Part shown: in pieces, positions 53,396 to 64,000 of the stretch
How positions within the stretch are numbered: the first letter of the stretch is position 1
Layout: each line of letters starts with the position of its first letter
Assembly: GCA_951406725.2 (NCBI GenBank)
Contig: OX597832.1
Location: 63,550,001 to 63,614,000, forward strand
Direction: 5' to 3'
From: Octopus vulgaris
Taxonomy: Eukaryota
DNA: 64,000 bases
The notes under the pieces: generated by a model
Seen by the model: the letters and a program-made list of their open reading frames with translations, nothing else
Databases searched by the model: none
Told to the model about the DNA's origin: nothing
Position numbers and translations under genes: made by a program

Positions 53396-56300
53396 ATGGA
53401 GGGCAACGTGAGTAAAACGGGCCAGGAAGCCCTCGTCGCCCCAGATGAAAAGCCATGGCAAAAGAAAAGGAGACTGGCTAGGTTGGCTGAGTTCAAGGGC
53501 AGTCAATATCCGCCTTTTTCTATTGAGCCAATGCCTCATGAGCGCCATCGTCTCGATGGTAAAGGCATGACAGATGCAGATCGACAACTCAGAAAACAAT
53601 GGTTACTCGATCAGAACCTGTCCCCGAATGAACCACGTTATGTCCCTGAAGTTCACCCGAGGAATGTATTTAAAAGGATTGGTTCAATGCCCTTTGAAGC
53701 CCTCTACAAGGTAAATACAATAGTTGCTTATTTAACATTTTATTATTTCCTTATTTTCTTCTTGGAAGATGATATTAACAAATATAAAAACAAAGTGTCA
53801 TTAATTGTTTGTGTTGTGGTTGTACGACCGTTTGATATGATTTATTGTTTCAACCCAAGGTCAATCCTGAACAAACCTATGATCAAGGACGTTCTAAGAC
53901 TACATTATCCTACATGTTTTTCCTTTAATATAGTAGAATGCGATCTGAAGTAGAGTTAGCTGTTATTTCAGGCAGACCGACTGGTTTATGTTATTATATT
54001 TTTTAATTTAATGATTCCAACTCCGTATTATTGTTTCGGACCGTAAAGTATTCAGGATACCAGTTTTATTCAGTACCTGTACGCTATTCAAATGCCAAAT
54101 AGCCGTGTGGCTGATGGGTTAATAAAATGCAACTAGACAGATTGTGACCTCTAAACCCAGATTGTCTCGATGGTAAAGGCATGACAGATGCAGATCGACA
54201 ACTCAGAAAACTCAGAAAACAATGGTTACTCGATCAGAACCTGTCCCCGAATGAACCACGTTATGTCCCTGAAGTTCACCCGAGGAATGTATTTAAAAGG
54301 ATTGGTTCAATGCCCTTTGAAGCCCTCTACAAGATTGGCTCCTATTATTTTTTTTTTTTTGCGAAATATGTACAAAAATACGGAGTTTATGATTCATGTG
54401 TGAGTGTGTTCTTGATACTCGTTTAGAACAAGTAGTTTTATACCAATTACACTATTTTTTGTTAGTTTAAAGGCCGTGGACTGAAGATGTGAAATTTCCG
54501 AAGCCTCTCCCCCACCCCCCTTTCGCGAGCGCGCATTTTTTTCATCATAGTCGTTTAGAGCAAGTTGTTTTACACCTATTACGCTGTTTTTATTTTTGTT
54601 TTTGTGCCCGGTTCAGACGCTTTCGGAAATTCCCGATATAAATTTTCCGAAGCCTCTCCCCCACCCCTCTTTCGCGAGAGCGCATTTTTTTTTTCATATT
54701 AGTTTAGAGCAAGTTGTTTTACACATATTACACTATTTTTTTTTTGTTTTGGTGCCCGGGTCAGCCCCTCAGACGCTTTCGGAACTTCCCGATGTGAATT
54801 TTCCGAGGCCTCTCCCCCACCCCCCTTTCGCGTGCGCGAATTTTTTTTTTCATATTCGTTCATAGGAAGTTGTTTTACACCTATTACACACATTTTTTTT
54901 TTTGATTTTCTGATAATCGTAACGCCCTATATTAACCGCGGACCTGTGATCAGAGACATTCTAGGTGTGACTATCCTGTCTTTTTCATAGCACAGCGCAC
55001 CGAAGATCACATTGGTGTAGTTCTTTGTTTTTAAATCGTTTGACGGTGATTTTACTGTTATTTCTGACAACTCTTGTTATTTTGACTTTTTTATTGTGTA
55101 TTTAGAAAAGGAGAATCACTATATAACGACTTCAGTGTTCACTTTGTTGGGAATAGAAAATAGGAATTTTCACTGAAATTCAAGGTTGACCCCTCCCCCA
55201 ATATTTTTAATCAAAACGGTCAGAGCAATAACACTTTAGATCAGAGGTTTGCTCGATCAGGTCCTACCTAGTGTTAAACAGCACGTAACATATTAGCTAA
55301 TGTTGACTGGTGTAAGAAACATACTGCTCCACATTATTATAATTCTACACACATGTGTACCCATTTCCAGTTGGAATCTTTCTCCATTTTCTTCCCCCTC
55401 CCCCGCCCACTTATATGATGCAGGGTAGCTTTGTACCTCTTCTATAGCAAGACACCTAAACTTATCCTTCTATCACGCTCTAGCCTTTCAGCATCCAACA
55501 TAGAACCCTCTTAAATACTACCCCACCATCAGTTCAGTTGGGAATGCTTTTTCTTTCTCCCTGTTCTTTTCTTGTCTTGTAAGACACTTGACAACCCCAC
55601 TCGTGCTGGTGGCATTAAAAAAAATCACCCAGTGAACCCTGCAAAATGGTTGGTGTTAGGAAGAGCATCTAGCTGTAGAACCATGCCAAAACTGGCACTG
55701 AAATTTGATGCAATGCTGCAGATTGCTGGATCCTGTCAAACATTCCAGCTCATGCCAGAATGTTGGACGTTAAGTGTTGATGGTGTCCTTAATCCCTGTC
55801 TCTAATCATATCACACTCTACTCACACTCTCGTGGACTTAGCTACCCACCCAACTTTTCTCTTCTTTTATCTCTATTCCCTCTCTGTCTCTCTTTCCAGC
55901 TAAGGAACCCATGTATCTCTGTAGCAAGATAATTTTTCCTGTCCTTCTATCTGACTTCCATCTCTCTCTTTATATATTCATACATTTCAGTGTTGTGTAC
56001 TAATGTGAACAAATGCTAACAAACTAAAGTAGAAAACTTTCAAATGAATGCTAAATATTATAGCATCTCCAGTGTGGAAGATAGACATAATAGCCATTCT
56101 TAAAATGTTAACCACAGTTAATCATTTATTATTTGATCTCAAGATTTTCGTCTTTGTCTGCAACTTGGTTGATGACGCAGTGGAGTTGCAATAGAACTGT
56201 ATCTGTGATCAGGTTGCAGTTGGTGCAATGGAAAGTTTGATACCAAATAATGTTTAACCGATTAGCATTTAAACTGACCATATCTTGCCCAAATACTCTA

Positions 56301-57923
56301 CCCATTTATGTTCAAGGTGGTCAGATCCAGCTTCTCACACATACCCTAAAATGTTATTCTAAAAATAAACAGTCATATCACTGTTGTTTTGAAGAGCAAC
56401 CTGAATGCTAAAGGGTTAATAAACAATAGAGCACAGATGTGGCTGTGTGGTAAGATGCTTGCTTCCAAATCACATGGTTCCTGGTTCAGTCCCACTGCAT
56501 AACACCTTGGGCAAGTATTTTCCACTATAGCCATGGGCCAGCCAAAACCTTGTAAGTGGATTTGCTAAATGAAAACTGAAAGAAGCCCGTCGTGTATGTC
56601 TCTCTCTATGTATATATATCATCATCAACATCATTTTAACATGCACTTTTTCATGCTTGCATAGGTCTGTGTCATTTTTGAGCTAATTGTTAGAGGCTCT
56701 CGTACAGCTCTGAGTTCTTCATCCTCAGAGCCCCCCCTCAGTATTCTTGTGTGGCACTCATCCACCATCTGAGTGAGTTTCTTGGTCAGTGTCCAAGTCT
56801 CAGACCTGTACAACAGCACAGACTCCGCTACAGCAAAAAAGGGATGGATCTTCAGGTCTTTACAAAGGTCTGACTTCCATACAGATCTCAAACTATGGCA
56901 TGCCACCCAGACTTTGAGCTTCCTCTCAACTATATCACTCTCTGTGTTCCCAATCTTTGCTCCCAGATACAGGAAGTCCTTAACCAACTTTAGTGGCTTC
57001 CCACCTACATTCATAATCTACTCTGGCTTCTTAATGATCTCTATCAGATACTTCATCTTAATCTCATTCATTTTCAGCATCACACTCATTGACACAGTCT
57101 CCACCCGCTGCATCAACTTCTCTGCCTCCCACACTGCGTTTGTCAGCAAAACAGCATCTGATATCTTTTTAGCCCTCACCCTCCTGCTCTGCTCCACATT
57201 ATTAATAATACTAATAAAAACAAGAGCACTCAGAGAGTGCAAACCTCCACCAAGGCAACACCAATGTCCTCTCAACGATTAGCTGGAGATGATTTTTAAA
57301 ATGAGAATATCTGAAATAAACTCGACTGCTCTCACAAACAAGAATACTAAAAATGAACCCGACCACTCTCAAAAATTAAGTAAAAAAGCAGGAAAAATAA
57401 TCCAGAATCCTTGTCCAGTACCAGATCGATCCCAAAATCTAATCAGTTCATGCTAGTCATGAGGCCAAACATCCCTGAAAGTTTCATCCAAATCCATCCA
57501 GCGGTTCTTGAGATATCTTGTCCATGGACAAACAAACACAAGTGAAAATAATACCTCCACCTTCGCTAAGGCAGAGGTAATAATAGTATATAGATGTTTT
57601 AACATTTTTCTTACAAAACTGTTTTTCTTTCTCTTTTCTAGGTATTGAAACCAATTATCGGTGTAAAACCAGCTCTAGTTGTTCGTCGCAGTTCTCCATG
57701 GATTCTTGGAATTTACGGTACTCTATGTACTTCCTATTACTTTCTCAAATATCAGCCTAATGACTGGACGAAAGCCAGTGGCTTCTACGTACGGAGTATA
57801 CAACCGCAATATACAATGGGTATGGCAAAACCTTTCCCTGAAAAAGAAGCAGCTGATTACTATGACAAGGGGTTCAAATCTCGGCAAGTGCTACTCAATC
57901 CCAAAACTAGCTACATTGAATAA
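53396..57923 (+). CDS. NDUFB6: NADH dehydrogenase (ubiquinone) 1 beta subcomplex subunit 6 (B17), 198 aa; exons 53396-53710 and 57642-57923
   Basis: Phase-0 GT-AG intron. The protein has ERHRL..GMTDADRQLRKQWLLDQNLSPNEP, a TM helix followed by YYFLKYQPNDWTKASG, and DYYDKGFK, matching invertebrate B17. Confidence 0.93.
54164..54333 (+). pseudogene. Intronic partial duplicate of NDUFB6 exon 1 (copy of 53550-53710)
   Basis: Identical to 53550-53710 apart from a 9-nt tandem duplication (CTCAGAAAA). It ends at the exon boundary with no GT donor. Confidence 0.9.
54420..54900 (+). repeat. CpG-rich tandem repeat, about 150-bp unit, about 3 copies
   Basis: TTTCCGAAGCCTCTCCCCCACCCCCTTTCGCG..CAAGTTGTTTTACACCTATTAC recurs at about 54495, 54645 and 54800. 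Confidence 0.85.
56631..57195 (-). mobile_element. RTE-like LINE reverse-transcriptase fragment
   Basis: LKLVKDFLYLGAKI..ESVLLYRSETWTLTK matches the FxYLG and LLYGxETW motifs; contains stops. Confidence 0.8.
57200..57583 (+). mobile_element. Non-autonomous element with a 3' hairpin (Helitron/Helentron-like)
   Basis: Subterminal hairpin CCTCCACCTTCGCTAAGGCAGAGG, a CAAA/CAGA microsatellite and AT-rich flanks; similar 3' end at about 48870-48978. Confidence 0.4.
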
Positions 57924-60900
57924 TTCTCAAGGGAAACTGCTATAAAGACCTGTGGACCTTTAGATTTTTTTTTATCTAGTTGAAGAAACTGAGTCCTGTG
58001 ATTTTAAGGAAGTTTATTATATTTGTTAGAGGTACTGCCTCCTTCAGAGGTCTTTAACAAATATTTAAAAAAATCAAAAAAGGAAACAGTGTAAAAGAAA
58101 TTTATTAAAATTGAAAATTTATTAAATAATTGTTTCTTTGTGTGATAATTTAAGGGTAGTCCCACTGGTTCTCCTACAGTGTAATGTGTTGCATTGGTGT
58201 GTTGGCACAAGTTTAGCTGTAAGGTTAAGAAGTTTGTCTTTTGCAACCTCATGGTTTTCAGTTCAAAGTGCCACTGTGCAGCAATTTGAACAAATTTCTT
58301 CTACTATAACCCTGGGTCAACCAAGGCTTAGTGAATGAATTTGGTTGACAGAATCCATACAAACTTTGACGTAAAAAATATAGGTATGACTCTGTGTTTG
58401 AGTGATTCACGTTGAAACCTAATTTTGGATTTAGTCTCATTGCATGACACCTTGGGTAAGTGTCTTCTATTATAGCCCTGGGTTGACCAAAGTCTTGTGA
58501 GTGGATTTGAAAGATGCCTTTTGTATATATCATCATCATCATCATCGTTTAACATCCGTTTTCCATGCTGGTATGGGTTGGACGGTTCAGCTTGGGGTCT
58601 GGGAAGCCAGGAGGCTGCACCAGGCTCCAATCTGATCTGGCAGTGTTTCTACAGCTGGATGTCCTTCCTAATGCCAAACACTCAGAGTGTAGTGGGTGCT
58701 TTTTACATGCCACTGGCACAGGGGCCAGAGGGGGCTGGTATCGACCACGTTTGGGTGGTTGGTGCTTTTACATGCCACCATGTGTACATATTTGTGTCTC
58801 CTTGTCTTGACATCACAAGAGATGAAATATTTTCCTCAAGAACAAAACACACTACACAGTCTGCGAATCAAAGTCACTATCTCTGGATCTCGAGTGCAAA
58901 ACACACTAACCGCTAGGCCACATGCCCTCACATATATATGTGTGTAGCTTTATTCAAGTTGTTGCACACTGCTGTCATTTGAAGTGAACTCCGTGAATAA
59001 AGCTACAGAAGAACATACGTGATGCAAATGGAAACCACATTGCAAGATATCAGTGCAGCAGAAACGTCTGTCAGACACATTTAACTTAAGCAGGAGTAGC
59101 TATATAGGTGCAAGAGTGGCTGTGTGAATATAGGCACAGGAATGGCTTTCCAACCACATGGTTCCAGGTTCAGTCCCACTGCATGGCACCTTGGGCAAGT
59201 GTCTTCTACTATAGCCTTCAGCCAATCAAATCCTTGTGAGTGGATTTGGTAGATGGAAACAGAAAGAAGCCTGTCATATATATATTTGTGTGTCTGTGTT
59301 TGTCCCCACCACCATTGCTTGACAACCAACATTGCTGTGTTTATGTCCCCGTAACTTAGTGGTTCAGTAAAAAAAAACAATAGAATAAGTACTAGGCTTA
59401 CAAAGAATAAGTCCTGGGATTGATTTATTCGACTAAAAACAGTGCTGCAGCAAGGCCGCAGTCAAGTGACTGAAACAAGTAAAAGAGTATAATTGACTGT
59501 AATAATACAAAATGTATAGATGTATTATTCTCCTTGTTCACTGATTTGCCTTATATATATCTGCAGTTCTTGGTGGTCTAAATTGGATATGCAATCTATG
59601 TGGGTAGCTTTCCAAAACGTCTGGTTTTAAAAAGCCACATCTTATGATTTTAGAATCGTGGTTCTCAACCATTTTCTCACCTTCAAACTTCTCTGATTGC
59701 TATTTTATTTGGGCGGAGCCTCATGCCCATTCAATGTTTAAAGCAGTACCATTATACTTTCATAATTAAATAATATTAGAAACTCATCATCATCATCATC
59801 ATTTAACGTCCGTTGTCCATGCTGGCATGGGGTGGACTGTTTGACTGCGCTGGCATGTTGGATGGCTGCACCAGGATCCTGTCTGATTTGGCATGGTTTT
59901 CTATGGCTGGATGCCCTTCCTAACGTCAACCACTCTGAGAGTGTAATGGGTGCTTTTACATGCCATATGCATGACACCAGTATCTACCATGACTTTGATT
60001 TTGCTCAGCTTGAAGGGTCTTCTCAAGCATGACATAATGCCAAAGGTCTTAGTCAATGCCTCTATGAGGCCCAATGTTTGAAAGGAACTCAGCTACCTCA
60101 CCTCTGTGAGGCCCAACACTCAAAAGGAATTCAGCCACCTCGCCTCAGTGAGGCCTATTTGAAAGGAACTCAGCCACTTTGCTGTTAGAATATTTTGTGT
60201 AATGAAGAAGTATAAACAATTTGTTACAGATAAATTTTAACAAAATCTTATATGGAAACAAGTTGGGAAATACTGAATTAGAACATTCTGCTTGAATGTA
60301 AATGGTGGTTTTAGAGGATAATCTATTTGTGAATATATTAAATTTCGGCTGTGCTTTGGTGCTTAGTGCAATTTCCAGAAACAGATGGACTGAAACAAAT
60401 TAAGAACAACTAAAAAGCAGATCAAGTGCAGGTTTGTGTTCAGAGTTTGCAACTAATATCATCATCATCGTGATCATTTAGTGTCCATATTCCATGCAGG
60501 CCTGGGTTGGATGGTTCAACGGGATTTGACTGGCCACAGGTAATATTGACCTAAATGTTGTGACTATAACAATCAAAACAAGGACCCTAATCCAAATATC
60601 ATTATCATTTTAACATCTACTTTTTCATTCATGGGTCAGAATTCACTGACTGCCAGATGCCTTCCCTTTTTTGGCAAGGTTTCTATGGTTGGACACCCTT
60701 CCTAATACCAACCACTTTTCAGAGTTTACTCTTCTTTTTGATAACTACATATAGCCATCTGAAATGAGTCTAAGGCCCTGTCCATCAGTTGTTAGATATA
60801 TTCATGCATGTGGACACAATCAGGATGCCTGCTGCATCCCTTCCTGCTGGTCACAGCTTCATAGTTTCCATTACAGCTGTCCATGTCACATCTTACAGCT

Positions 60901-61739
60901 TTTACAATGTTCACAGAGCATCATCATTATCGTTTAACATCCGCCTTCCATGCTGGCATGGGTTGGACGGTTTGACAGGAGCCTGCACCAGCCTTCTTAA
61001 AGAAACAAGATCTGCACTGTTTTTTTCTTTCGGGTGGAGGTGGGTGAGGGAATCAGGTCATTGAGTTAATTGCCATGTGTTTTAAGAAGTTCTCTTTCCA
61101 AGCATGTGATTTTGGGCCCAATCCTAACATGTGGCACATTGGTCAACTGTCTTCTCCTTTAGCCCTAAAACCAACACACTGCTTTTACTGACTTACCTTA
61201 ATATGTACACTAAATGAAGTCAGATTTTTATCAGTCAATGGTTTATACAAGATGTTTGGGCTAAATTTGATGATCTTTACTATGTTCCCTTGAAAAAAAA
61301 TTTGAGTAAGGTCATTGCCAGTGCCACTGGACTGGCTCCTCTGCAGGTGGCATGTAAAAACACCATTTGAGCATGGCCGTTGCCCATACTGCCAAACTGG
61401 CCCTTGTGCTGGTGGCATGTAAAAGCACCCACTACACTCTCGGAGTGGTTGGTGTTAGGCAGGGCATCCAGCCATAAGAACCATGCCAAATCAGACAGTC
61501 TGGTGCAGACTCCTGTCAAATCGTCCAGCCCATGCTAGCATAGAAGGCGGATGCTAAATGATGATGATTATCTGTGAACACTAAAAGCTGTGAGATGTGA
61601 CATGGACAGCTGTAATGGAGACTATGAAGCTGTGACCAGTAGGAAGGAATACAGGAGGCATCCTGATAGCGTCCACATGCACAAATACATCCAACAACTG
61701 GACAGGGCCTTACATTCATTTTAGATGGCTATATGTAGC

Positions 61740-62075
61740 TGCAGGAGACTGTAGTCAAATCCTGGCTGGAGAGGTTTGCTGCTGGAAGACCATATGTGTG
61801 GCAGCAGGATTTGACTCTTTGTCATATCTCTAGAAAGAGTCAGAAGTGTTGTCGGAGAATTTCTACAACTTCACTGGCCCCAATTTCTGGTCTCCTAATT
61901 CCCCTGATTATAATCTCCTGGATTATTATGTGTGGGGCACAGTTGACAAAGACACCAGCCACTCTCCTAGCGACACCAAGGCCAAGATCAAGGAGGTGTT
62001 TGAAGATCTTCCCAGGGACACACTGAGGAATGCATGCACAAGGTTCTGGAGCCATTTTAAGGCCACTCATTGATA
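61740..62075 (+). mobile_element. Tc1/mariner-superfamily transposase C-terminal fragment
   Basis: ..RPYVWQQD..CH..RKSQK and LSENFYNF..WSPNSPDYNLLDYYVWG, matching the WPPxSPDLNPxD motif; frameshifted. Confidence 0.8.
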
Positions 62076-63914
62076 CTTTGGGACTTACCCCACTGCCCAG
62101 AACTGCTGGTCTTGTACCAAAATTTGAAACCATCATTATTATTTATAAGGTTGGGGAGCTGGCAGAATCATTAGCATGCTGGGCAAAAATGATTTTCATC
62201 TGTCTTTTTGTTCCGTGTTCAAATTCCTCTGAGGTCAACTTTGCCTTTCAACATATCAGGGTCAGTAAATTAAGTACCAGTGAAACACTAGGGTCAATGT
62301 AATCAACTAGACCCTTTCCTCTAAAAAATTTCAGGTTCCCCCACACACATCTTTTGTAGAAAGAATTATTATTAATAATATTATTATTATTAGTAGTAGT
62401 AGTGGTATGTTTAGGCAATACTGCTTTGTACTGGCATTGTGATACTATTATAAAGACATTGTTTAAAAGTGCCATTATCACTAAAAGTAAGACTTTTAAA
62501 TACCAATAAAAATGTTATAAGCAGCTCATGAAAATTCCAGACATTTGCCAACTCTTGTCCTGAAAAATCTCTTATCAAAGCAGGCAATGACTAAGGCCTT
62601 TGGTATTATGTCATGCTTGAGAAGAAGACCCATCAAGCCGAGCAAAATCGCAGTTGTGGCAGATACAGTGTCATGTAAAAGCACCCATTATACTCTCAGA
62701 GAGGTTGGCGTTAGGAATGGTATCCAGCCATGGAAAAGCATGCCAAATCAGACTGGAGTCTGGTGCAGCTTGCCAGCCCAGTCAAACCGTCCAACCCAAG
62801 GACAACGGGTGTTAAGTAAAGATGATGATTTTATAAATATATATACATATATATATATATATTGCAATAATCATAACAAATACAAAAATAAAATACAAAA
62901 TATTTTATTACAAAAACTTATAAAGATACTTTTTTTCAAACGTTTCATTATTATATATGTGTTCATGTATGTGTGTGTATTACATATATATATATATATG
63001 CATAAATATATATACACATACATATATATATATGTCTGTATAGCTATGTACAAATTTAGACAGAACAATATAAAAAGAAAACCACAATTGCAAGTCTACA
63101 TTTCACAAAAGTGAATGCTTTTAAAAAAAAAAAGAATTTCTAAGAAATTAATATTTATTTTTTTGTTAATTTTAATTGAAATTTAATTTTTTATTTTATC
63201 ATATTAACCTCATATGTGATACCAGACTAAGACCATCTCTGGCCTTATGATACAAATTCCTATTCAAAATGCTTTGCATTAAAACCTTTCATTGAAATAT
63301 CATGAATTTATATTTCCCAAACTAACGTGAGAATTATTTTCATAAAGTCCCCTTTAATTTCAAAATTAATTGAAGTAAAAACAGTTTATTTCAAGAGGAA
63401 TATGGTAAAAGAAGAGCTAAAAGGAGGTAGGAACAAAATTTATATAATATCTGAATTTTTTTCAAAGAAATATATAATTGATACAAAGATGAAGTGGGTT
63501 GATAATGACCTGGCCAAGTCTATAGCATTGACCTGTTAGTTTCAGTGTTTTGTACAAGTTCTAAAGAGAGGAGGTCGGATGAAATATATTAAAGGTGCCA
63601 ACAGGAGAGGGGGGTGTCTATGGCAAAAATGATTAATTTTCCAAAGAACTGTTTTGCAATACTTTTTAAAAACAGGAATCGACCAGTAGTTTGGTACTTT
63701 TTTTTTTACTTATTTCAATAACTGAATCATGACCATGCTGGAGCACTACCTTGAAGAGGTTTTAGTTGAGCAAATCATCCCTACCCCCACTAGTACTTAT
63801 TCTGTTGGCCTCTTATGTTGAACCACTAAGTTATGGGAACATAAACAAACTAACACCAGTTGTCAAGCAGTGGTGGAGGACAAATACACACACACACATG
63901 TATATGTGTGTATG

Positions 63915-63953
<39 letters not shown>

Positions 63954-64000
63954 TCTTCCACATATTTTCCCCTTGCCAAGGCTTTCGCCAGTCCAGGGGT

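Noticed and set aside
53711-53953. Extension of the 185-aa ORF beyond NDUFB6 exon 1
   Set aside because: Read-through into the intron past the GTAAAT donor; B17 homology resumes at 57642.
54181-54426. 81-aa ORF as a second NDUFB6 paralog
   Set aside because: Partial exon copy lacking the N-terminus, the TM helix and a donor site; reported as an insertion.
62545-63114. 189-aa ORF
   Set aside because: Runs through a family-C retroposon and (TA)n/(TG)n tracts; no protein-like features.

Overview
AT-rich eukaryotic genomic DNA full of microsatellites and SINEs. The repeat families and the tandem C2H2 gene suggest a coleoid cephalopod, probably Octopus (inference). I assembled five protein-coding genes by hand: the last 7 coding exons of ALG9 (+, 847-8647), a single-exon 10-finger C2H2 zinc-finger ORF flanked by decayed fingers (-, 20082-20948), a complete 11-exon PSMA1 (-, 26553-40566, 285 aa), a DDIAS/Noxin-like gene with one coding exon (+, 43217-47536) lying head-to-head with PSMA1, and a 2-exon NDUFB6 (+, 53396-57923). 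Most other ORFs in the supplied track are repeat-derived noise. Four observations stand out. (1) A repeated fold-back element joins a tRNA-like Pol III head to a minimal hammerhead-ribozyme motif, as expected for a Penelope-type non-autonomous element (3 copies). (2) PSMA1 has two U12-type introns. (3) A near-perfect copy of the 3' half of NDUFB6 exon 1 sits in its own intron and ends exactly at the splice donor. (4) The DDIAS tail carries a tandem array of S-P-D-[ILV]-[FY] motifs. Repeat boundaries are approximate unless a TSD or TIR is cited.
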